From Podospora anserina (taxonomy: Eukaryota), in assembly GCA_017654855.1 (NCBI GenBank), contig CM030332.1, positions 3,038,001 through 3,102,000 of the forward strand: a DNA stretch of 64,000 nt, given 5' to 3'. Position 1 is the first letter of the stretch; each line of letters starts with the position of its first letter. Below are positions 12,393 to 24,600 of the stretch, one piece after another. The notes below the pieces were generated by a model, which made no database searches, was not told where the DNA came from, and saw only the letters and a program-made list of their open reading frames with translations. The position numbers were made by a program, and so were the translations under genes.

Positions 12393-14196
12393 ATGGCCCT
12401 CTACGAACGCGACAAATCCCGCCACAAGAAGTACCTCTACCTCGACCCCCCTCGCCCCGGCCTCCACGAGCGCCGCCGCAAAGTAACCACCATTGTCCCG
12501 GCCCGGGTACCCACCCCTCCCCGTTGTCCTCCAACCTCTTCCTCCCCCCCCCCTCCGGTTGTCCTTCAACCCCTCCCCTCCCCAGTAGTCGTCGAACCAT
12601 GCCCTCCCCTCCCCTCCACCCCCAGCCCCAATAGAAGAAGACGACACAATCGACGTCATAGCCGTAGACGTCGACCCCTCCGAAACGTCCAAATCTTCCA
12701 AATCCCGCAAATCCCGCCGCAAAAGGCGTTCCCACTCCCCTCGCAGGGAAACTCGCGAAAGGGAGGTGATCATCGAGCGGGAACGGCTTGTCCCTTATGA
12801 GGTTCACGTGCCTTACCCTGTTGATAGGGAGCGGATTGTGGAGGTGGAGGTTCCGGTTCCTTACCCGGTGGAGAGGGAGAAGGTTGTTGAGGTGGAGGTG
12901 CCGATGCCGTATCCGGTTGAGAAGGAGAAGGTGGTGGAGGTGGAGGTGCCGGTGCCGTATGAGGTTCAGGTGCCGGTGCCGTATGAGGTCAAGGTGCCGG
13001 TTCCGATGCTGCCGGCGCCGAGGACGCCGAGCCCGCCGTTGAGGAAGAGGGAGACGTATAGGTATGTTGAGGGGTTGGAGAGTAAGATTCCGATGAGGGA
13101 GGTCAGGGGGGTGGAGGGGTTGGAGAGCAGGAGGCCGGAGAGTGGGATTAGGGGGGTGGAGGGGTTGGAGAGTAGGATTCCGATGAGGGAGGTGAGAGGG
13201 GTGGAAGGGTTGGATAGGAGGGGGCCGGAGAGTGGGATTAGGGGGGTGGAGGGACTTGAAAGTAAGAGGCCGGAGAGTGGTATTAGAGGTGTGGATGGAT
13301 TAGAAAATCGGAGACCGGAGAGTGGAATCAGAGGCGTGGATGGGTTAGAAAATCGGAGGCCGGAGAGTGGAATCAGGGGCGTGGATGGCTTGGAAAGTCG
13401 GAGGCCGGAGAGTGGAATCAGAGGTGTCGAGGGGCTTGAAAGCAAGGTCCCTACTGGAGGTATCAGAGGAGTTGAAGGGCTGGAGAGTCATGTTCCTAAG
13501 GGAGGTATCAGAGGAGTAGAAGGAACCGAGAGCAGAGTCCCTAGGGAAAGCATTAGGGGTGTGGACGGATTGGAAAGCAGGGTTCCTACTGGTGGCATTC
13601 GGGGTGTGGAGGGCATGGAGAGCAGAGTGCCACGTGAAAGTATTAGGGGCGTTGAGGGTATGGAGAGCAGAGTACCGCGAGACAGTATTAGAGGTGTTGA
13701 AGGCATGGAAAGCAGGGTACCAAGAGATAGTATCAGGGGCGTCGAAGGCATGGAAAGTAGGGTTCCCCGGGACAGCATCAGGGGTGTCGAAGGAATGGAA
13801 AGCAGAGTCCCCAGAGATAGCATTCGCGGCGTCGAGGGTATGGATAGCAGAGTGCCTCGAAGCAGTGTGAGAGGGCTGAGCAGGATGAGGGATAGGAGCT
13901 GCGATAGTCAGAGCTCTGTGGATGAGAGGGACAGGGTGAGGATTACAGTTGCGGAGAGGGAGCGGGAGAGGATAAGAAGGGAGAGTTCGGTGTCGAGTGC
14001 GGGAGGCAGGGAGTACAGGCACGAACGTCGTGGCGGATGTGATTGTCACCACTACTATGGCCATGGTCGACACGGGCCTGATTGCGAGCATATCCATATT
14101 CACAGCAGAGAGAGGATTTATGAGAGAGACAGGAATAGCGACGTCAGTCTCATGAGGGAGGAGTCTCGAGGACGGTATGGGGATTTTAGGTGTTGA
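12393..14196 (+). CDS. Repeat-rich disordered protein (Pro-rich, VPYPV repeats, 18x15-aa repeats, R/E/H-rich tail); the 5' part is in a different frame from the body
   Basis: ATG 12393 (frame 3) reads coding-like to ~12600. Frame 1 reads coding-like from 12601 (PSPPPPAPIEEDDTIDVIAVDVDPSETSKSSKSRKSRRKRRSHSPRRETREREVIIERE) to TGA 14196. Joining needs a frameshift or an intron. Confidence 0.8.
13057..13866 (+). repeat. Coding tandem repeat, 18 x 45 bp (consensus IRGVEG[L/M]ESR[V/R]P[R/E][D/S][S/G])
   Basis: 810 bp = 18 units with no indels, counted in the translation. Confidence 0.95.
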
Positions 14197-17100
14197 ACAA
14201 GGATGGACGTGTTATGAGTTATGAGTGTTTTCCTTTGGGTTGGAATTTGGCTGTCTATGCGCAAGGGCCCGGAAATGCTTTTGTATATGAGATACGACAT
14301 GACGTACTCTATGATGCTATCTTAATGACAGTAACGACCGCTTCCTAGGTACGGATATATTTAATATACCCAAAAGCTATTAGGCCCACATGATGCCGGA
14401 CAAGGAAACTCTTCTCAAACTTAGTCGTCAATGTTCTTCGGGAATATGTCTCTGCTGTTGTTAAGATCAAGATTAGTGAACTGACCAGTTGGTGTAAGAG
14501 CTCATCAGAAAGGTTGATGAATCTGCCAAGCTCGCGGACGACTGAAATGAGAAGCATGTTTGGCAACCAGAGCTACAAATATCATGACTGGAAAGTTAAT
14601 ATCATACAGGCTTGGAGGGAACACTCGAAAAGCACAAGCCGCATCCATGTGATAGACTTGCCGACACTGGTCTTACCGGGCCCAATAGTTTGACGAGCTT
14701 GTGAGTGTAGATGCCTGTTGTTATGTTTTGCAGAATCATAATTGACCTTCTTCCTATGGGATGAGTTATGATCTCACGGTGATGAAGAGTGTAAATAATG
14801 AGCCAACGGAGTCAGGAAAAAACCAGTTCCTCTTGGAAGACATGCTTCAGTCGAAATCAAGGCTAAAACGGGCCGTCCTACAGAGTATGTTTGCTTGGTG
14901 GTGTTCTTATAGCGATAGGAGGTCCCACCCTGGACTGTTCTGAGCCTCACCCTAGAAAGGAGTTTGTGAATGCAAGGTAAATGAATACACAGGATGGTAC
15001 AGGCATATTTGTCGCGCTCTACAAAATTGAAGCACGCGATCACGCGATGGAAGTGGGCTAGGTTGCGCAGTTGACGCGCTTGCACGTGATTAGAGCCCCT
15101 GCTCCGAACCCTTCCTGGCAATTTTTGGTGCCGATCAACCGCACAGGCCAGCATCCTGAAACGATGCCTGAGACTTGACACAACGACGCTTCCATCCATT
15201 CCTTGCATCTGGACCGCTGATGTTTCAGGCCTTTCTCTCCTCAGGACACGATATTATTTACGGCATTGATGCCACGGGAGAATCTAGTGCTTGACTCGGT
15301 CTCGTGCTCGCAGCCGCGGACTTGCGAGCTTGCCAGGTCTTGACTGGCTGACGGACAGATAAACGCAGACGGCGACATCCAGACAATTTAAGGCCATCTT
15401 GCCGCCTCTCGCAACCAGATGCGAGTCAGATCGGGTTCGGAGATAGTAGATGCCTTTACCAAATGAAAAGCCGACTTCAGCCCGGTTCAGTCATCAAACA
15501 TAGATCTTCAGTTGGGCTCTGTATCAGTGGCCGTCTGATTCCTCAGAATCGGATCATTCTCCATGAATTACCCAAAGCCAGATCGACCAATCGACATCCC
15601 GAATGCATTTCCCCAGCCTGGGCAACAACCTCTTGGGATGCAAGATTCGGACGATGAACGCATCGGCAAGCTTTGGGCCGGCCACCGGGTCAGCAAGTTG
15701 GAACATCAAGGCCTTGATCTACGGCCACGAACGGCTTCCAGAAGGCCTCCAGAATATAAAAAGCAACACCGGCGATTGTTTGAAACCTCGATACGATGAA
15801 CCCTGAAGATCATTGCAGACTCTGAAGCTGTTTGTTCGCAGGTGGCTGATCGTTCGTGTCACTGACCAGAGATCTCTTGCAGCCATGTCGGCCCAAGAAA
15901 CAAAAACCAGAAACCCGACGCGGCCTGATCTCTCAGCCTCGAGTGTTTCTTTTGGATGTGTCAATCCAAGCTTGGGAGTTGTGAGGCTGGCTGGACTTTG
16001 ATGTTGTATTTCAGGGGGCTCTAGCCGCGAGAGGCAACCCAATCAGAGCTCATCACGGGCTTCCAAGTCCATGTGAGAAAACAACCACGGCATGCGAAAC
16101 TTGCACCGAATGAAGAATGACTTGCAGAAACAAATCGATTCCATCGGGGCATCCAATTGCGGTTCGAAACCGTTACGCCAGCTGAGAAAGTTGTTGATTG
16201 CGACATGTTGACGAGGACAAAGATGCCCCAGCCAATTCCGCGATGCCACATCACGCACGTAACCCAACCTGCCATCGCAAGGTCAATCCTTGCCCGGCCT
16301 TCCTGTTCTCTCGACGGCCGTTGGCCGATTGAGACGGGCACGAAGCTCCGAAAAGGGGGGATAATCTGCGAGCTTTCCCGTCCTCCAGCATCGACAAAAG
16401 TTGGAACTTGCTCACCGCCATTCACAAGATGACAGACACCTGCCATCCCAAGTGGTTGACCAAGATTCGTCAAATTGCGATGGAAAATGCAGGTGCTGTG
16501 GGGGATCTTATTGGATGCCGTTTGCGTGTGTGAAATCCGGGTTTTGTGGAGCCTTTGACCGGAGGATAACCGTGGCTGCCCGTGCAGCCGTGGGGGAAAC
16601 GGAGCACCAGCCGGGCCAAATAAACCTCCACCGTGCCGAACTCCGGATGCCGTCATCATGAGCCCGGAAAGCTATGGAGAGTTCTGACGACTTACTTTAC
16701 AAATATATGTGAAGGTTTTGTTGAAGAAAGTTGAGCTGTATGCTTTGATTCGAGGCCTCACTGGCGAATCATATCCACGGAGCAGGTTCCGATGACCATC
16801 GAAGAGCCTACCTACCCAAGAGATCCGGCATTCATGTTCATAGGGTGTCATTAGAAAACAGGATCCTGGATGTTCTCTCACAACAACCCCAAAACATCAG
16901 GTCATGTTGATGGTCAAGTCTCCATTCCCATTTCCCACTTATGGATCTGATCATGCCCAGCAGCATAGCAAGGAGTTGTAAATGCCAACCAACACTATCA
17001 ACCCATGTGGCCAGGTGATCAGGATAACCAGGTTGTACAGCTTGCGCGCTCCCTGTGTGTGACAGACGCCTCTGCCAGCAGGCGCCAAAGTGATAACTTT

Positions 17101-18381
17101 GTTTCCATAATTGGTGGTGTGGTATCTAAATGTTGACGGGTCCTACGGCTAGAAAGACTGCCGATGACATTTTGACGATGATATGCAGTTGGGACGCAGG
17201 CTTTCAATACTTTCAAACCCCGTCTTTGCCGCAAGCGTGCCGCCTTGTCAAAGTTCTTGTCAAGGGCTGGCAGAAGGACTTGTTAAACTTCTGGCTTGTG
17301 ATGTACCTGCAGAAGCCGCAAGGGATTACAATTGGACTCCTGCATGATACATTTGTCGCTAAAAACTAGCGCTGTTGAGAGTGAATGTGGGGTTGCCGTT
17401 AGAGGGGCATCACGACGACAGTCCGCATTGATGGGGCATGGCGGATTGGTAGGACGGAGATTGGTCCCTTTTGAGATGCTGGTTTATTACCACCTCGCTC
17501 TCACATGCGATGTTGAAGTCAGCGGGCAGCAGGAAGATGAGTGAGACGGTGATATACCTAAACAAAACAGACTTAAACGTCATTCGGAGTTGAGTTTACA
17601 AAAAGGCTTAACTGAGCCTCGGTAACACTTGCGGGTGTTGAGGCGGCGGCGAGTGGAACGGCCAAAACTGCAACCTTGTTCCTTGAATCAAATATTGGCC
17701 GGGGTTCTGGGCGGGAGGGTTGAGATGTTGCGGGGAGGCGAGGGTCGATTGCAACCCCTACCAAGAAAACATTCAACGGTCATCACGCAAATCCCGTCTT
17801 TTGAGTCGAGCATCATCAAGACCTGAGATGTCTGGATGACACTCTGGATGACACTCTGGGGCCCGGTTTCGGAGGCAGAAATCATGATATAAAAACCACA
17901 AAACTTTAAGCCAGCCAGAGTCTGCGGCCCGGCTAATATCATGTTTCAGAGACACAAATACCAGACCTTGAGGTGTAAGTTGTAGGAGGGTTGAATAGCG
18001 AGGTCCTTCATTGCGGACGCTGCCATCCACCATATCAAGAGCAGCGTTGTCCATGGCGTGTACACACCAGATATCCGATCTATAGAGGCATTCAAAAGAG
18101 GCGCCGGTTGAGCTGGAGCCAAGGACCCAAGGTAAGCGGTTCCTCTGGCCGGAGATTAGGACAAGCACTCGTGATCTTATCAAGGACCCCAGCCCAGAGC
18201 GTGGTGGAGGGGTCGGGAAGTCTGGGGTTCGGGATTTAGGGGCAGGAGTGGAGCGCCAGCAGCCGCAGGTGCCACGGCAAGCGCCAGAATGAGGCCAGAG
18301 CTCTGCGGGTTGCAGCACTCGCCGTCCTGCCGTGCGATCCAGTTTTGAATTCTGACAAAGCCCGCCTGTCGTCCGCGGGGG

Positions 18382-18382
<1 letters not shown>

Positions 18383-18419
<37 letters not shown>

Positions 18420-18500
18420 GAAGTGGCTGTCTGGACCCTTTCTCGTCTCGGTTCCGGTTCCAGTTTCTAGTTCCAGTTCCAGTTCCAGTTCCAGTTCCAG
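18383..18500. repeat. (CA)n microsatellite (18383-18417) and (TTCCAG)n hexamer tract (18451-18500) upstream of BEM3
   Basis: Directly visible. Confidence 0.92.
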
Positions 18501-19052
18501 GAGCTCTCTTTTAGACGCAAAGCCTCAGATTCACGACTCGTACGCCGCAGGTTGGGGTGAGCAAGAGCCTTCTGTCCCTGCTGCCAGTGTCACCACTCAC
18601 CACCACCAAGCGACGCCCAGCGGACTGGACACCCGAGCCTCTAGCGCGCGCCGGCCGGGATCTTGCCAGGTGCATTTCCTGCAAGAGCACGAGCACCAGG
18701 GGGGGGAAGGGGATCCCTTTTCTCTCTCTCCAGGACTGCCTACTGCATATCCCTTCATCTTTTCTTCATGGTCGTCCGTTGACCACCAGCCGACTCCCAT
18801 TGCACGGCGTCGACCCGTGCTACCATCGCCGTCACTTGCAGTTGCTGCGCGCGCTTCCCCTCGATTCCCGGCAGCGGCAACACAGGCGACAGTCCTGGCT
18901 ACTGAATCGAATTTAATCTATGCGACGTTGATCAGGGTCTCCCAGGCAGCTCGAAACCACGGCGAGTTGTCCTGCGTCTTGTTGACGGGACCCCCCTTTC
19001 ACTTCTCCGACCAATTGGCCAAGGCCTCGACCTGTCTGTCGCTGAGCGGACC

Positions 19053-22000
19053 ATGTCACAGCTCAACCACGACCAACATCACCACCACCCCGACGGCCGC
19101 TCTTCTGTGGCCTCAACTCCACCCCGATCTATGGACTCTTCTTTCCAGGACAGCCCTACTATTGGGAGAACACAAGTACTGACCCACGGCTACTCGTCCA
19201 ATAGCCCATCTTCCTCGCCCTTGTCGGCGGCGAACCCTAGGTACGACAGTGCCCTCGTTGTCTATTGCTTCCTTTTTTTCGAATCACTCGCCTGCGTTTT
19301 GAGTTTGTTTGGTTGTTGCGTTGTCTCTTTCACATCGTTTCTTTCTTCTTGTGCCCATTGGCTCTCCTTGATGCCTAGATTGGGTTGGGGACCGGCTTGT
19401 TTTTGGTCTTCTCTGCATTTTCTTTTGTTCGGGCATCTTCCTCTCCACAGACTGGGTCTGCAGCTTGCATGTAGCCAGTCGACGTTGACAAAGGGCGAAT
19501 CAATCCTCGTGGTTGGAGGAGCTTGACATTGGCATTGCCGGCTCCAGAGACACAGCTTGACGCCAACCGCGGGCTAGTCTGGCGTTTATGCTGCTGTGGT
19601 GCAACTATTCGTGCCAGGTCCTACAGTGTCCACAAAATACTGATCCAATCTCTTTGATCGATACAGGTCCAGGCCGAAACCCGCACCGAGCCCGTTGCAC
19701 TCGAGCAGCGTTGTTTCTCCGCCCACGAGTCCCGGCCCAACGAGAGCCGAGTTCCCATCTGCAGCCTCCGTCCCACGGATTGTAACGACGGCCCCCGAGG
19801 ACCGCCAGGCGCAGGCATCCGAGAAAACATACTTTAACAGTGACTCCTCGGGTAGCACCACCCCAGAGGAGAGAAGTCCAGGGTTCGTGACAATGGAGAC
19901 CTCCCATGCCCGCACCCCGCGCTCCTGGCGCCAAAGACTGTTGCCACACATGATTCCAGGCCAGCGTGCTAACCATCCACCCACCAGACCGGCTCCCTCT
20001 TCCTCTCAGCAATTCCCGAATGAGGCGCGCAGTGCCTCCGACCCCGTCGTAGCCGCCAAGGGCCCCTCAGGAGGACTTACTCAAAGCCAGTCTACACCCT
20101 CGATCATGGCCGGTCCGTCGAGCGTGCGGGCAGAGCCCGCCAAGGGTCCAGCGAGAAACTCTTCCCTGGATTCCGCCATTTCTCAAATTTCATCGAGGTC
20201 GACTCCGAATAAGACGCCGCAGGACGCTGCTGGGTCGACGGATATTGCACACCTAATCAAGACGGCCGGCAGTGCCGAAGCGGTCATTCAGTACTTGTTG
20301 AAGGAAAAACAGTCCCAATCGCAACAAAATTCGCAGTTATGGCGGCTTGTCGACAAGCAAAGGGCCATGATTCTGGGCCTTAATAAGGATCTGGAGCGGG
20401 CGTTGAAGGACAAAGAAAAGTACAGGAAAAAGCTGAAGGAAGTTCTAGGTGACGCAGAAGCACCGTTTGTCCCGGCCGTTCCAGCGACGAGCTCCATGCA
20501 AGGGCCAGCCAGACACGAAACCGGCGAAGCGAGTGCCATTCCAAAGGAGCGGGTGTTGGAAGTTCCTGCGTCACCAGGCTTGGACGCCCCAAAGCATTCG
20601 CCGATTGATGTTTCGATGGCCCCGTACCCAATCACTCCGCCGGCCGATCAAATGACTTTGCTTCTGCCGCCATCAACCGTTGGCGATTTGCTTGACCCGT
20701 CTCATTCGATGCCAAAGGCAAGCGAGCACGCCCTCGACCAATACGACCACGAGGCCCAAGAAAGAGAAGCCGAAGAGGCTGCTAAGGAGACAACCGACGA
20801 TCAAGTTGACTTGCGCATCAACCTCGATTTACCGCCCTCTCGTCAGACACCCCGAGAACCCCCCAAGATGCCCCCGCCAAAATTGCCTGTCGGATTGCCA
20901 GATCGGTCGCCCAAGCCGGAAGACGGCGTCTCGAAGTTCCCGTTACCCCCTGCCCCACCGCCACGGAAACCACCTCCGGCACCGCTCCAATTGAATAATA
21001 TGAATCCAAGGCCGGCGATAGTTGCGCCGGAGGAGGCTGAGACCGATACAGATTACGACGATATACTAGAAGTAGATGAGATTCCGCATCATGAACGGAG
21101 AGGACGCCGAAGGACACGAGAAGAGGACGAGCGAGACCGTGAGATCATGGCCCAAAAGGAGGCCGAGATGCGCAGCTTGTCCAAGAAGAGCAAAAAGAGC
21201 AGCAGTCGGAAGAACACACCAGAAGAGGAGCCACCACTTCCCGCGGAGATGCCCGAGATGCCCGCGAGCCCTAGGTTGGTTCAGACTACCAAGGTGCTCC
21301 CACCTCGGGAACCAGCGTCTCTGGCTGGTGTTCTCAGTGGGAACTCGGATTCTCTGGCACCGCCCATGGCATTGATGAGCCCAGGTCTTCCCGCGAGCCC
21401 AAGGCCGATGCCTCTGAAGTCACCAGTTACTTCGCCACCGCTCTCACCCTTGGGGATTTCAACATTTGCCGGAGCACCTTTATCTCCTCGACCACCACGT
21501 GCGCCCATCCCACTCCCTCCCAATACCCCTCTATACTCACCAGGACCTGTAGGAGAACCATTAGCGCTCAAATCACCAAGGCCGCTCCTCATCGTCAAGC
21601 AAGAGGCCCAAATCAGTGGTGAAGCTAGCCCAACCAGTTCTACCATGGATAGCCCTCTAGAAAGAACCAAGATTTTCAAGGGCTTTGTGACGGAGGAGTA
21701 CCCAGACCTCCTGCTTCCACCCAACGCCCTTCCTCACATCACTCTCAAGGTTGCATCTTCGCGGATGAAACCTTCGAGGGCCAGTCTGCTTTCTTTGACG
21801 CAGCTCGAAGAGGACCCCGTTTTCACACTGGCGGTTTCGTCAAGGGCTGATGGTGGTGAGCTGTGGCGGGTTGAGAAAGACACTGCGTCACTTGCGAAGC
21901 TGGACTCGAGGCTTAAGCAATGTCCCGCATTTACTGCCAAGACTCCAGACAGATCTCTTTTCAGCGGTCATGCCCCTGCCAAACTTGATGCTCGGCGTGT

Positions 22001-24167
22001 GGCCCTGAATCAATATCTGGAGGAATTGCTCAACACGCCCCTGGATACCGCCACAGCACTCGAGTTGTGCAAGTATCTCTCTTCCAACACTTTGCCACCC
22101 AACGCAGATGAGACTGGAAGCTCGAGAAGTGACGCCAATCCCGAATTGCAACGCACTGGGCCAGGCGGCAGACCTTTCCGGACTGGGTATTTAACCAAGC
22201 GAGGCAAGAACTTTGGCGGTTGGAAAGCCCGGTATTTTATCCTTGACGGGCCACTACTCAAGTACTATGAGACACCAGGCGGTGCACACTTGGGTACAGT
22301 AAAACTCCAAAAGGCTCAGATTGGAAAGCAATCTCATCACAACAACGACGGCTCCCCCGCTCGTCCCAAAGACGATGAGGCTGAGAACCAGTACCGCCAT
22401 GCTTTTCTGATTTTGGAACGGAAAAAGAAAGACCCCAACAGCACCACGAGGCATGTTTTGTGTGCTGAGAGTGATCTGGAGCGTGATCAATGGGTCGATG
22501 CTTTGCTTCGCTGGGTGGATTATGAGGATCCAGAGGACGAGGATAACGCGAAGAAGGAACACCCTCACGATCGACACTCGGCACACGCCGACCGTGCCAA
22601 CGCCTCGAAGAAGAAGGGTCAAGGCAAGCAGAATTCGATTGCTGACGATAAGCTCATCGGAGTCAGCTATGAGGCCACGAGGCAAGGCGATTCTCCCCAA
22701 GGCGTGCCTATCAAGGGTGCGCCATCCGGGCAAGATCACGAATCGACTCACAGCCAGTCAACGGCATCTTCGTACACGATCTCTGGACCTCGGGATCCCC
22801 AGATGATGACATCTTCTGAATCGTGGGGCAACAAGCTTGCCATGGCCACTCAACAGCTTAGCCAGGAGGAGAAGAAGGCGAGGAAACGCAGCTTTTTCGG
22901 ATTCGGTCCCAAGGCCAGAAACTCCGGTGATGGACAAGATTCAATCTTTGGTAGTGACGGTGGCAGCATTGCCAACGGACAGACTGGCAACGGGTACAAC
23001 GGCCCTGTGCGCCAGGTATTTGGTGCCAGTCTTGCCGAGGCCGTGCGCTACTGTGCCCCAGCTGACGTTCGGGTACCGCTCCCTGCTGTCGTCTACAGAT
23101 GCATCCAATATTTGGAGCACAAGAATGCCACCTCTGAGGAGGGCATCTTCCGTCTTAGCGGGTCCAGCGTCGTCATCAAGCAGCTCAAGGAACGTTTCAA
23201 TACCGAGGGCGACATTAATCTGGTGACCGATCCGCAGTATTACGATATTCATGCGGTTGCGTCTCTGCTCAAGCTCTACCTCCGCGAGCTTCCGATTACG
23301 ATCCTGACAAACGATCTGCGTCTGGAGTTCATCGCCACCATAGAAATCACGAACCAGAAGCAGAAGCATGCTCTTTTGGCCGAGCTTGTGGATCGTCTCC
23401 CTCAAGCCAACGCTGCTCTTTTGAAGTATTTAATTTCGTTCTTGATCAAGATCATCAACAATGCCAGCGTCAACAAGATGACAGTGCGAAACGTCGGCAT
23501 TGTTTTCTCCCCGACCTTGAACATCCCCGCTCCTATCTTTGCAGCTTTCTTGCAGAACTTTGAGCCCATCTTTGGCGTCGACCCTACTGAATATGAGCTG
23601 CCTACCACTGAGCCCGACAATCTTCAGCCACAACCGCGCCGCCCATCACTCCCATCCTCCTTCACCTCGGATGCGCCACGGCGTCCTTCGGATCCAAGGC
23701 CGTCAACCTCGCACAGTGATTCCCCTCACAGACACCGTTTAATGGAGTCGTTGGATAGTCTGCCAAACAGGAGCACGCCCACGCCACCTCCCCTGTCGAT
23801 GCAGCAAATGGCACAGATGAATGCTGCGACAATGCACTCGAGGAGCACGCCCACCCCTCCACCTCAGCGCCCGGGTGTGGTGTACGAGCCCCAGCTCATG
23901 GCGCCACCCCAGCAACAGCAGCAAGGGGGTCACTTTTCCATGAGGCCAGCGTACGAAGGCAGTTTCAATGCGCCCCCTCCCAACTTTGACCCTACGCAGA
24001 TGCAGCATCCAGGGGCGTTGAGGCCATCACCGGGTTATGACAGGCCGGTGTATGAGAGCGGATTGTCGCCAGCGCCGTACGATCACTCTTATAAGAATAG
24101 GAGGGAGAGCTCGATGTTTATGGGGAGTTTGAATCAGCAGCCGAGTAAGAGTCGGTTGAGAGAGTGA
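19053..24167 (+). CDS. BEM3: Rho/Cdc42 GTPase-activating protein with coiled coil, PX, PH and RhoGAP domains (Bem3-like), 2 exons
   Basis: Exon 1 19053-19240, intron 19241-19666 (GTACGA..CTGAT..CAG), exon 2 in frame with the 1490-aa ORF. PH: GYLTKRGKNFGGWKARYFIL. RhoGAP: EEGIFRLSGS, ASLLKLYLRELP, NKMTVRNVGIVFSPTL. Confidence 0.92.
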
Positions 24168-24395
24168 TTTTTGGAGGTTTCAAAACAGTTAATATTTTTT
24201 TGCGATGCTGGGTTTATATTTGGGGTCAGATGTATAAGGGGGGGGGGGCTGTTTGGATTGTTTTTGTTGTTGCTGTTTTTTTTCTTTTTTTTCTTTCTTT
24301 TTTTGGAAAGATTTCGCTTGCAAGATACCAATTTTTTATTTTTTTGTCAAGTTGTTGGAGATTCTGTTTTTTTGGAATCAAGTTGGTTTGGGTTG

Positions 24396-24600
24396 TATTT
24401 GAGAGAGGTACGCTGGCAGTAAATATCGCCACGGCATCCTTTGCGGTCGTCATTCTTCTCTCCCTTCTTTTCGGCCAACTAACTCAGTTGGTCGAACTAA
24501 CTCAGTTGGCCGAAAAGAAGGGAGAGATGACCACTGCAAAGGATGCCGTGGCGATATTTGCTGTCCGCGTACCTCTCTCAGATATCTACTGCCAACGTAC
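24396..24600 (+). repeat. Long inverted repeat (about 80-bp arms) with an internal direct repeat; candidate structured RNA
   Basis: 24400-24480 is the reverse complement of 24504-24580 apart from 5 substitutions and one 3-nt indel. AACTAACTCAGTTGG occurs twice at the centre (24477, 24495). Confidence 0.93.

Noticed and set aside
12966..14103. Repeat-containing minus-strand ORFs (PSTPLIPLSG..., etc.)
   Set aside because: Mirrors of the 45-bp repeat. Synonymous variation preserves only the + frame peptide.
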